The notes: generated by a model not told the origin, from the sequence alone. Shown: positions 55,301 to 63,845, numbered from the stretch's first letter. The stretch: DNA of 64,000 bases from Clostridia bacterium (GCA_017440805.1 JAFSGN010000009.1:4302-68301), one strand, 5' to 3'. Made by a program: numbers and translations.

Positions 55301-57760
55301 ATGAAGATAGTATTTTCAACCAAGGATGTAAGTCGTGCGACTTTCCTTGATACCTGCCGTTATGCCTTTGACTACGGATTTGAAGGTTTTGAAATATATG
55401 ATGCAATCAAAGAAAGAAGTTTTCATCACGACAGCATATTAAGGCGTGACCGCACTGCTGATGCCAAAAGAAAACTTGTAAACAGAAGTCTTTCGGTTTC
55501 GGCACTCCGTATGCCCGACGGTATTGATGACCAAAATACAACCGCGGATTCGGTGGTTAAATATGTAGATATGGCTTCGGCATCAGGGATTTCCAATGTC
55601 ATTGTACGCGTTAACAATAAAATTTCCTTTGGTGTCCTGGATGAAAAACTCTGCCGTGCCATAAAAAAGGCAGAAAATACGGATGTCAATATCCTGTTTG
55701 AAACTGTGGGGGCATTGGCAAACACAGAAAATGTAATTGATATAATAAACCACTTTTCTTCTGCTGTCATCGGTGCTTCCTGGAATGTCAGAGGTACATA
55801 TTTTGATGCAGGGGAAACATCCGAGGCAACTATCAAAACTTTGGGTGCTTACATCAAGTATGTTCGTCTGGGAGATATGAAAGACGGAAAAACAGTCCTG
55901 ATTGGCGAGGGTGAACTTGATGTGGCAAAACTTATCGGTGCTCTTTCGTCGCTCAACTATGAAGGATATATTTGTGCGGCATGGAATGAGGAAATTAATG
56001 ATGCAGATATAGTTTTAACTCACTTTGCAAATTATATTTCACAACTGAACCGTGAAAAGAAATCTTTTGATAAAGCCTACTACAACAGAGATAAGACCGG
56101 AACATTTGTATGGAAAAAATACGATGTTATTGATGCCACTTTTTCCGATGTGCTTGACACTATGGTTGAAAATTACCCGGACCAGTATGCATTCAAGTAT
56201 CCCACTCTGGATTACACAAGAACTTATGAACAGTTCAGACGGGATGTGGATGATTGTGCGGCAGCCCTTATATCTCTCGGCGTAAAAGCAGGTGACCATG
56301 TTGCAGTCTGGGCAACAAATGTACCCGAATGGTTCATCACCTTCTGGGCAACAACAAAAATCGGCGCAGTTCTGGTTACTGTAAACACTGCGTATAAAAT
56401 TCATGAAATTGAATATCTTCTGAAACAGTCTGATACACATACTCTGGTTATGATTGAGTTTTGTAAAGACATCAATTACAAGGAAATTATTGAGGAACTC
56501 TGTCCGGAACTCAAAACTCTTACTCCCGGTCAACCCCTCTATTCTAAAAATCTTCCGTTCCTCAGAAATGTTATAACAGCAGGATTTTCTATGGACGGAT
56601 GTCTTACCTGGGAACAGATGCTTTCCCGTTCCTATCTTGTTCCCCGTGAAGAAGTAAGAAGACGCGCGTCCCTTGTTAAGCCTGACGATGTATGCAACAT
56701 GCAGTATACATCAGGTACAACAGGTTTCCCAAAAGGTGTTATGCTTACACACCGTAATATCGTTAACAACGGTAAAACTATCGGTGACAGAATGGATTTG
56801 TCAACAGCCGACCGTATGATGATTCAGGTGCCTATGTTCCATTGCTTCGGCATGGTGCTTTCAATGACATCAATGATGACTCACGGCGGAACACTTTGTC
56901 CCATTCCGTATTTCTCACCCAAGTCATCTCTTGCCTGTGTAAATGATGAGAAAATCACCTGCTTTAACGGTGTACCTACAATGTTTATTGCAATGTTTGC
57001 CCATCCTGATTTTGCAAAAACAGACTTTTCATATATGCGTACAGGTATAATGGCGGGTGCAAACTGCCCGGCAGATTTAATGCGCCGTGCATCTGTGGAA
57101 ATGAATATGCGTGAAATTATTTCGGTGTACGGTCAGACCGAGGCTTCCCCCGGATGTACCATGGGTGAAGTTAACGAAGACCTTGACCACAGAGTAGAAA
57201 CTGTCGGAAGTGCATTTCCCGGCGTTGAATGTAAGATTATTGACCCTGAAACAGGCAAAGAACTTCCCGACGGAGAGAGCGGTGAATTTGTTGCCCGCGG
57301 TTTCAATATTATGAAAGGCTATTACAAAATGCCGGAAGCAACCGCTCAGGCGATAGATGAAGACGGATGGCTCCATTCCGGCGACATTTGTATGAGAACA
57401 CCTGACGGATACTACAAGGTTACAGGTCGTCTTAAAGATATGATTATCCGCGGAGGAGAAAACTTATATCCAAGAGAGATTGAAGAGTTCTATCTTACAA
57501 ATCCGAAGGTACGCGATGTTCAGGTTGTGGGCGTACCCGACGAAAGATACGGTGAGGAATGTTGTGCCTGGGTTATTCTTCACAAGGGAGAAACTGCCGA
57601 CGAAAATGAAATGAAAGAATTCGGCAATGCTTCCATTGCAAGACATAAAGTGCCAAAATACTTCTTGTTTGTTGATAGCTTCCCAATGAACGCTGCAGGT
57701 AAAATTCTCAAATACAAAATGCGGGAGGAATCAGCCGAAAAATTAGGCCTTAAAAAATAA
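55301..57760 (+). CDS. Fusion protein: xylose-isomerase-like TIM-barrel (sugar-phosphate isomerase/epimerase family) domain plus FadD-type AMP-forming acyl-CoA ligase
   Basis: The N-terminal about 255 aa is a TIM-barrel family (GFEGFEI.., ..YEGYICAAWNEE). The C-terminal about 555 aa carries MQYTSGTTGFPKGVMLTH (A3), YGQTE, GWLHSGD and GKILKYKMRE. The ATG at 55301 follows GAGGAGG, 1 nt after the preceding stop. Confidence 0.85.
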   Translation: MKIVFSTKDVSRATFLDTCRYAFDYGFEGFEIYDAIKERSFHHDSILRRDRTADAKRKLVNRSLSVSALRMPDGIDDQNTTADSVVKYVDMASASGISNVIVRVNNKISFGVLDEKLCRAIKKAENTDVNILFETVGALANTENVIDIINHFSSAVIGASWNVRGTYFDAGETSEATIKTLGAYIKYVRLGDMKDGKTVLIGEGELDVAKLIGALSSLNYEGYICAAWNEEINDADIVLTHFANYISQLNREKKSFDKAYYNRDKTGTFVWKKYDVIDATFSDVLDTMVENYPDQYAFKYPTLDYTRTYEQFRRDVDDCAAALISLGVKAGDHVAVWATNVPEWFITFWATTKIGAVLVTVNTAYKIHEIEYLLKQSDTHTLVMIEFCKDINYKEIIEELCPELKTLTPGQPLYSKNLPFLRNVITAGFSMDGCLTWEQMLSRSYLVPREEVRRRASLVKPDDVCNMQYTSGTTGFPKGVMLTHRNIVNNGKTIGDRMDLSTADRMMIQVPMFHCFGMVLSMTSMMTHGGTLCPIPYFSPKSSLACVNDEKITCFNGVPTMFIAMFAHPDFAKTDFSYMRTGIMAGANCPADLMRRASVEMNMREIISVYGQTEASPGCTMGEVNEDLDHRVETVGSAFPGVECKIIDPETGKELPDGESGEFVARGFNIMKGYYKMPEATAQAIDEDGWLHSGDICMRTPDGYYKVTGRLKDMIIRGGENLYPREIEEFYLTNPKVRDVQVVGVPDERYGEECCAWVILHKGETADENEMKEFGNASIARHKVPKYFLFVDSFPMNAAGKILKYKMREESAEKLGLKK

Positions 57761-57788
57761 CAAGGTCTTATCAGCGGCTATAAATCCG

Positions 57789-58589
57789 ATGAAAAATTAC
57801 AAAATTATAGATGCTCACTGCCATATTTATCCGGATAAAATTGCTCAGAAAGCATCGGAAAGTACCGGAAATTTTTACAGCATTCAGATGAGTCTTGACG
57901 GCAAAATATCCACACTTCTGGAACATGGAAAAACTGCCGGTATCTCCCATTTCATAGTACAGTCTGTTGCAACTACTCCAAAGCAGGTTTCCAGTATAAA
58001 CAACTTTATTGCCTCTTCGGTCAATGAAAGCAACGGTGAATTTACAGGCTTGGGAACTCTTCATCCCGACAGCGAAAACTTGAAATCAGATGTTGATGAA
58101 ATATTGCGTCTCGGATTGAAAGGCGTGAAACTTCATCCCGATATACAGCAGTTCAAAATAGACGATTACCGTATGCTGAAAATATACGAACTTTGCGAAG
58201 AAAAACTCCCCATTCTTATACATACGGGAGACCACCGTTATGACCTTTCAAACCCAAACAGAATTATGCCCATACTCGACATATATAAAAATCTGACGGT
58301 CATAGGAGCACATTTCGGCGGTTGGTCCATCTGGGAAGAAGCAACAGAAAAACTTTGTAAGTACCGCAATTTCTATGTGGACTGTTCATCTTCGCTTTAT
58401 GCCATAACGCCCGACAAAGCAAAGGAACTTATTATGGCATACGGAACAAACAGGGTTCTTTTCGGAACAGATTATCCCATGTGGGAACCAAAAGAGGAAA
58501 TTGAAAAATTTATGCAGATTGACCTTACAGATGATGAGCGTCGGGACATACTGTATAACAATGCCGCAAAGTTGTTTGGCATACAATAA
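57789..58589 (+). CDS. Amidohydrolase-2 (PF04909-type metal-dependent TIM-barrel hydrolase) family protein
   Basis: IIDAHCHIYP (HxH) at the N-terminus, GVKLHP, and FGTDYPMW (Asp) near the C-terminus. Confidence 0.75.
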   Translation: MKNYKIIDAHCHIYPDKIAQKASESTGNFYSIQMSLDGKISTLLEHGKTAGISHFIVQSVATTPKQVSSINNFIASSVNESNGEFTGLGTLHPDSENLKSDVDEILRLGLKGVKLHPDIQQFKIDDYRMLKIYELCEEKLPILIHTGDHRYDLSNPNRIMPILDIYKNLTVIGAHFGGWSIWEEATEKLCKYRNFYVDCSSSLYAITPDKAKELIMAYGTNRVLFGTDYPMWEPKEEIEKFMQIDLTDDERRDILYNNAAKLFGIQ

Positions 58590-58633
58590 AAACGACGGGC
58601 TGAAAAATTTTTTAAACTTTTTTCAAAAACCCC

Positions 58634-58662
58634 TTGACAAATTGAAATTTGCGGAGTATAAT
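58634..58662 (+). promoter_or_regulatory. Consensus sigma-A promoter of T-box unit 2
   Basis: TTGACA-17 nt-TATAAT. Confidence 0.6.
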
Positions 58663-58691
58663 ACATTCCAAGGTTTGAATATCACAAAAAA

Positions 58692-58956
58692 CGACTGTGA
58701 CGAGGACGGTCGGATTGTGAGGCCTTGAGAGAGTTGCCGGGTGGTGCGAGGCAATGGCGGAACTTTCCAATGACTTATCACCTCTGAGTCGAAGGACCGA
58801 AAAGTTTTACTTAGTAGACTCCTTCCGTAACGCTGCGTAAAAGCAAAGAACTTGTTTGAGTTCAGTAAGTGACGGAATACTTGTATTCCGTAATTTGAGT
58901 GGTACCGCGGGTTGTTATAACTCGTCTCAAAGTTATCTTTGGGGCGAGTTTTTTGT
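58692..58956 (+). promoter_or_regulatory. T-box leader (riboswitch) 2, specifier position reads AUC (Ile; tentative), transcription-attenuation type
   Basis: Base stem CGACT/AGTCG. K-turn GTGACGAGG/CCTCTGAG. ATC-A directly 5' of the CCTC helix (58777-58780). AGAGAG bulge, GGTGCGA distal loop, T-box GAGTGGTACCGCGG (58897-58910). Terminator CTCGTCTCAAAG/CTTTGGGGCGAG followed by T6. Confidence 0.8.
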
Positions 58957-59013
58957 TTTATTCGGATTTGTAAACAAATATCACATTTGTCAGATTTGAA
59001 AGGAGACAAAACA

Positions 59014-61314
59014 ATGGATTACAGTTTAAAAGAAGTGGCAGGAAGAATCAAGGACCTGCGTGAAGCAAAAGGTTTTACGCCGGACCAACTTGCAAAACTT
59101 ACAGGTGTATCTGTTGAAGATTACAAAGTTTTAGAGAGAGGCGAAACAGACTTCACCTTCACATTCATTTACAAATGTGCAAAGGCTTGTGGCGTTGAAG
59201 TTGTTGATTTGCTCGAAGGAACAAGCAGTACCCTCACCTCTTTTACCGTTACAAGAAAAGGCGAAGGACTTAAAATTTTAAAGAAGCACGGGGTGGAATA
59301 CGACAATCTGGCTCCCAAGTTCAAAGAAAAACTTGCCGAACCGTTCCTTGTTAAATTCCCCTATCTTGAAGAAGAACAAAATCAGCCGATAAAATTGAGT
59401 TCACACAATGGTCAGGAATTTGATATCATTGTCAAAGGCTCTCTCAAAGTTCAGGTCGGAAACCATATAGATGTTCTCAATGAAGGTGATTCTATTTTCT
59501 ACAACAGTATCATTCCCCATGGTATGGTTGCTGTTTCAGAGGGCGGTTGTGAATTTCACGCAATCGTTTTAAATCCGCAAGACGGACTTGTAAGCGAAGA
59601 ATACCCCGATGCACCTATTTCATCTGAAAAGCATCTGGTAAAAGAGGTTAAATCCGGAACTGTTGCCGATGATTTCATTGAATCATCCTATGACGAAAAC
59701 GGTGTATTCAACGGCATAACCTTCAAAAATGCGGATAAATTCAATTTTGCATTTGACTGTGTGGATGCAATCGCACAAAAAAATCCCGACAAACTTGCAA
59801 TGATGTGGGTTGCAAACGATAAAACAGACAGAAGATTTACTTTCAGTGATTTGAAAAAGTATTCAAACAAAACCGCAAACTATTTTGAATCTCTGGGAAT
59901 CAAAAAAGGCGATACCGTAATGCTGGTATTAAAACGCCACTATCAGTTCTGGTTCTGCATGCTTGCACTTCATAAAATCGGTGCTATCGCAATCCCCGCG
60001 ACAAACCAACTTGTAGAACACGATTTTGATTACAGATATAAAGCGGCAAGAGTAAAAGCAGTTGTCTGCACAAATGACGGCGAGGTTTCATGTGAAGCAG
60101 AAAAAGCCGCGGCAAACTATCCCGGAATGGTAAAAGTTCTGGTTGGCGGTGAAAAAGAGGGATGGCACGATTTCAATGTTGAAATGGAACGCTTCAGCAC
60201 ACACTTTGACAGAAACGAAAACTCCCCCTGCGGAAATGAGCCTATGCTTATGCTCTTTACCTCCGGTACAACAGGATACCCCAGAATTGCAACACATTCA
60301 TATAAATACGCATTGGGACATTATCCCACAGCAAAGCATTGGCACAATGTAAATCCCGACGGACTTCATTTCACAATCTCCGATACAGGTTGGGGTAAGG
60401 CTCTCTGGGGCAAACTCTACGGTCAATGGTTATGTGAAGCAGCCGTATTTACTTATGACTTTGATAGATTCCGCTCGGAAGACATCCTGCCCATGTTTGC
60501 AAAATATCATATTACAACTTTCTGTGCTCCCCCTACAATGTACCGTTTCTTCATCAAGGAAGATTTGTCAAAGTATGACCTTTCATCCATCGAATATGCT
60601 ACAACAGCAGGCGAAGCACTGAACCCTGAAGTATTCAATCAGTTCAAGAAAGCAACAGGACTTACAATCATGGAAGGGTTCGGTCAGACAGAAACAACAC
60701 TTTCCATCGCAAACTTTGTAGGCTCAACTCCCAAAATCGGTTCAATGGGCAGACCCAGTCCTTTATATGATGTAGTTGTCCTTGACCCTGACGGAAACGA
60801 ATGTAAAACAGGCGACACAGGTGAAATCTGTATCCGCACAAAAGACGGTTCTCCCTGCGGTCTCTTTATCGGATATTACCTTGACGAGGAAAAGACCAAA
60901 GAGGTCTGGTATGACGGATACTATCATACAGGCGACCAGGCAACCATGGACGAAGACGGATATCTCTGGTATGTGGGCCGTATCGATGATGTAATCAAAT
61001 CCTCCGGCTACCGCATCGGTCCTTTTGAAATAGAAAGTGTTATCATGGAACTTCCTTATGTTCTTGAATGTGCAATTACTCCGGTTCCCGATGAGGTCCG
61101 CGGACAGATTGTAAAAGCGACAATCGTACTTGTTAAAGGAACAACCGGCACAGACGAGTTAAAAAAAGAAATCCAGGAATATGTAAAAACACATACTGCT
61201 CCTTATAAGTACCCGAGAATTGTCGAGTTTGTAGATGAACTTCCAAAGACAATCAGCGGTAAAATCAGGCGTGTGGAAATCCGTAAGAACGACCAGAAAA
61301 AAATGAGCAAATAA
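59014..61314 (+). CDS. Fusion protein: XRE-type HTH, cupin domain and ACSM/MbcS-type AMP-forming (medium/short-chain) acyl-CoA synthetase
   Basis: Residues 1-65 are an HTH_3 domain (LREAKGFTPDQLAKLTGVSVEDYKVLERGE). Residues about 100-195 are a cupin (GQEFDIIVKGSLKV..GDSIFYNS.IPHG). The remainder is an adenylate-forming enzyme (LFTSGTTGYPRIA, GFGQTET, YHTGD, SGKIRR). The ATG at 59014 follows AAAGGAGA. Confidence 0.85.
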   Translation: MDYSLKEVAGRIKDLREAKGFTPDQLAKLTGVSVEDYKVLERGETDFTFTFIYKCAKACGVEVVDLLEGTSSTLTSFTVTRKGEGLKILKKHGVEYDNLAPKFKEKLAEPFLVKFPYLEEEQNQPIKLSSHNGQEFDIIVKGSLKVQVGNHIDVLNEGDSIFYNSIIPHGMVAVSEGGCEFHAIVLNPQDGLVSEEYPDAPISSEKHLVKEVKSGTVADDFIESSYDENGVFNGITFKNADKFNFAFDCVDAIAQKNPDKLAMMWVANDKTDRRFTFSDLKKYSNKTANYFESLGIKKGDTVMLVLKRHYQFWFCMLALHKIGAIAIPATNQLVEHDFDYRYKAARVKAVVCTNDGEVSCEAEKAAANYPGMVKVLVGGEKEGWHDFNVEMERFSTHFDRNENSPCGNEPMLMLFTSGTTGYPRIATHSYKYALGHYPTAKHWHNVNPDGLHFTISDTGWGKALWGKLYGQWLCEAAVFTYDFDRFRSEDILPMFAKYHITTFCAPPTMYRFFIKEDLSKYDLSSIEYATTAGEALNPEVFNQFKKATGLTIMEGFGQTETTLSIANFVGSTPKIGSMGRPSPLYDVVVLDPDGNECKTGDTGEICIRTKDGSPCGLFIGYYLDEEKTKEVWYDGYYHTGDQATMDEDGYLWYVGRIDDVIKSSGYRIGPFEIESVIMELPYVLECAITPVPDEVRGQIVKATIVLVKGTTGTDELKKEIQEYVKTHTAPYKYPRIVEFVDELPKTISGKIRRVEIRKNDQKKMSK

Positions 61315-61322
61315 AACTTCAT

Positions 61323-61355
61323 GCCGAGGGAGATAAATCACCCTCGGCTTATTTT
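61323..61355 (+). terminator. Terminator-like hairpin between the ligase and ACT-MBL genes (possibly partial)
   Basis: GCCGAGGG-N10-CCCTCGGC followed by TTATTTT. Confidence 0.4.
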
Positions 61356-61374
61356 GTAAAAGAGGTGAATCGGG

Positions 61375-62811
61375 TTGAAAAAAACATATGTAACTTCCAT
61401 GCCAAACCATATAGGTGCCTTTTTGAAAGCAAGTAAATGCTTTTCGGAATTGGGGGTAAATATCACCCGTGTAAGTTATAACAAGGCAGTTGATTCCCAC
61501 ACCTTGTTTATTGACGCCGAAGGAACAGAGGAACAATTAAAAAAGGCAGATAACCAACTTGAGAAAATCGGATATCTGCAAAGCAATACGAATAAGACCA
61601 GTATCGTTTTGATTGAGTTCTGTCTTGAAGATGTACCGGGAAGTGTTACAAATGTACTTGAACTTATAAATAAATTCAACTTCAATATATCCTATATCAG
61701 TTCTCAGGAAAACGGTACAGATTATCAATATTTCAAAATGGGTTTATATGTTGATGATTTTGATAAAATTTCCGAGTTTTTAAAAGAAGTGGAGAAACTT
61801 TGTAAAGTTCGTGTGATAGACTACAACAGTTCCGAAAAGGTGTATGATAACAGTATTTTTTACAACACCTATGTTTTAGGTCTGTCGCAGACAATGGGAC
61901 TTTCGGAAAAAATAAGCCGTGAACTTTTGGTACATGTCAACCTTGCAATGCAGACACTTGACGAACAAGGACTGTCTCCGTACCGCACTTTTGACAGTAT
62001 AAGTAAGTTTGCCGAACTTTTAGGCGACTCAAAGGGGAAAAATTTTAATCCCCGCATAAGCACTCACAGAATAACTGACAACACCGAAATAATTCTTATA
62101 GAGCCTCCCTGCGGAAGCAATACCATAATTATAAAAAGCAATGAAAAGGTTCTGTTTGTAGACAGCGGATATGCCTGTTATGCGGATGAGATGCTGGAAG
62201 TATTCAAAAAATTATTTCCCGGGTTTGACAAAATGGAAAAGACAATTCTTGTAACTCACGCAGATGTGGACCACTGCGGACTTTTACCGTTGTTCGATAA
62301 GATAATTGCAAGTAAAAAAACTGCGGACTGTCTTGTTAATGAACACCAGGGCAAAAACGGTTACAGAGAATCAAATCCTCTCCATAAGCCATATATTAAT
62401 ATCTGTAAAATTTTAACATCATATCAGGCATTGGAGCCATGTAAAATAACTGCTATGTGGAATGATGTTCCCGACCTGACAGAACCTCTGACACAAATCG
62501 GATTTTTCAACTTTGAAGAACTGCACTTTGAGGTATACGAAGGAAAGGGCGGTCATCTGCCCGGCGAGATTGTGCTGATAGATTATTCAAAACATATTGC
62601 CATCACAGGCGACATTTATATCAACACACACGGCCTGACTGAAAAACAGGCAAAATACAACCAGTATGCACCAATCCTTATGACCTCAGTGGACACCGAC
62701 CCGAATTTGTGTTTAGAGGAAAGAAAAGCAATTATGCAAAGACTGGGCGTAGGCACCTGGCAGATATTTGGCGCACACGGATTCAAAAAAGATTATTCGG
62801 TTAATTTATAA
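61375..62811 (+). CDS. Fusion protein: tandem ACT domains plus metallo-beta-lactamase-fold hydrolase
   Basis: Two ACT-like units (NHIGAFLKASKCFSELGVNITRVS and DVPGSVTNVLELINKFNFNISYIS), then an MBL core (VTHADVDHCG as HxHxDH variant, ..ITGDIYI.., GAHG). The TTG start follows AGAGGTGA. Confidence 0.75.
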   Translation: MKKTYVTSMPNHIGAFLKASKCFSELGVNITRVSYNKAVDSHTLFIDAEGTEEQLKKADNQLEKIGYLQSNTNKTSIVLIEFCLEDVPGSVTNVLELINKFNFNISYISSQENGTDYQYFKMGLYVDDFDKISEFLKEVEKLCKVRVIDYNSSEKVYDNSIFYNTYVLGLSQTMGLSEKISRELLVHVNLAMQTLDEQGLSPYRTFDSISKFAELLGDSKGKNFNPRISTHRITDNTEIILIEPPCGSNTIIIKSNEKVLFVDSGYACYADEMLEVFKKLFPGFDKMEKTILVTHADVDHCGLLPLFDKIIASKKTADCLVNEHQGKNGYRESNPLHKPYINICKILTSYQALEPCKITAMWNDVPDLTEPLTQIGFFNFEELHFEVYEGKGGHLPGEIVLIDYSKHIAITGDIYINTHGLTEKQAKYNQYAPILMTSVDTDPNLCLEERKAIMQRLGVGTWQIFGAHGFKKDYSVNL

Positions 62812-62880
62812 ACCATAAAATCGTATGCCGACAGGCTTCGGTTTGTTAATTCTGAGACATTTTCCCATCTCATTGATTAC

Positions 62881-62927
62881 GGGGGTGTAAAAACTCTGTT
62901 TGAGTTTTTTACACCCCCTGTCTTTTT
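62881..62927. terminator. Bidirectional terminator
   Basis: GGGGGTGTAAAAACTC/GAGTTTTTTACACCCCC followed by TGTCTTTTT. Confidence 0.7.
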
Positions 62928-63817
62928 CAATCGGAAAAGTCTTTTTCAATTATGTATTTGAGCAAACTTTTAAGCGACCTTGACAACCACTTGTTTTTAT
63001 GGTAGATAAGCTGCTTCCAAATCTCAACATTCATATCGCAAATATCAAGATAACAAAGTTCCCCCGATTCAACCAGTTCTTTTGTAACGAAATCAGGAAG
63101 AAAAGAATATACATCATCTTTTGCAATCAACGAGGTTATCATATCTGTTCTTCCGATTTCAAGTATGGGTACTATTTCCAACGATTTTTTTGCAAGTTCC
63201 TTGTCAAAAACTCTCCTGTATCCCTGACCGTATTCGGTCAAAACAAATGGTTGGTCAATTATATCCCTGATTGATAAATTTTTAACTCCCGCGAATCTTG
63301 ACCGGGCATTCGCCACAAAGTGCATGGATACAGGTTCCTCTTTTGCAATGACATAATCCTTATGGTATGAGTGACTGTCAAGTGTTATAATAACATCTGC
63401 TTCGTTATGGTCAAGCATATCAAACATAACAGATGTGTCTGCAGTTGTAAATTTAACCGAAATACCGGGGTATCTTTTATGAAAATCAATATAATTCCCG
63501 GTAATCATGGCATCACACAATGAGTCGGGTGTTACAATATGTATATGTCCTTTGCATTCTCTGTCTTCCCCGGTATTTTCCTTGAATTCCTCTGTTAAAG
63601 AGCGAACACGGTGTGCATAGGAAACAAGTTCGTGACCTCTCTCGGTAAGGGTTACGGTATGATTTATTCTTTCAAACAAAAGACAACCCAGTTCATCTTC
63701 AAGTTGCTTTATCTGAAAAGATATGGTAGATTGGGAATACCCGAGTTGTTCCGCTGTTTTTGTAAAACTACCCAGTTCAGCAACATGAATAAAAGTGATT
63801 AAATTGCGTAATTCCAT
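62927..63817 (-). CDS. LysR family transcriptional regulator
   Basis: N-terminal HTH LRNLITFIHVAELGSFTKTAEQLGYSQSTISFQIKQLE, followed by a LysR substrate-binding domain. Confidence 0.92.
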   Translation of the reverse strand: MELRNLITFIHVAELGSFTKTAEQLGYSQSTISFQIKQLEDELGCLLFERINHTVTLTERGHELVSYAHRVRSLTEEFKENTGEDRECKGHIHIVTPDSLCDAMITGNYIDFHKRYPGISVKFTTADTSVMFDMLDHNEADVIITLDSHSYHKDYVIAKEEPVSMHFVANARSRFAGVKNLSIRDIIDQPFVLTEYGQGYRRVFDKELAKKSLEIVPILEIGRTDMITSLIAKDDVYSFLPDFVTKELVESGELCYLDICDMNVEIWKQLIYHKNKWLSRSLKSLLKYIIEKDFSD

Positions 63818-63845
63818 TGTTCCGCCCCCAACATATGAAATTTAG

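Noticed and set aside
58760-58766. GAA-CTT in T-box 2 as the specifier (CUU, Leu)
   Set aside because: It sits in an upper internal loop, separated from the K-turn-proximal helix by the ATTG/CAAT(GAC) helix, and is followed by T rather than the conserved purine. I kept it as an alternative in the finding because the loop is atypical.
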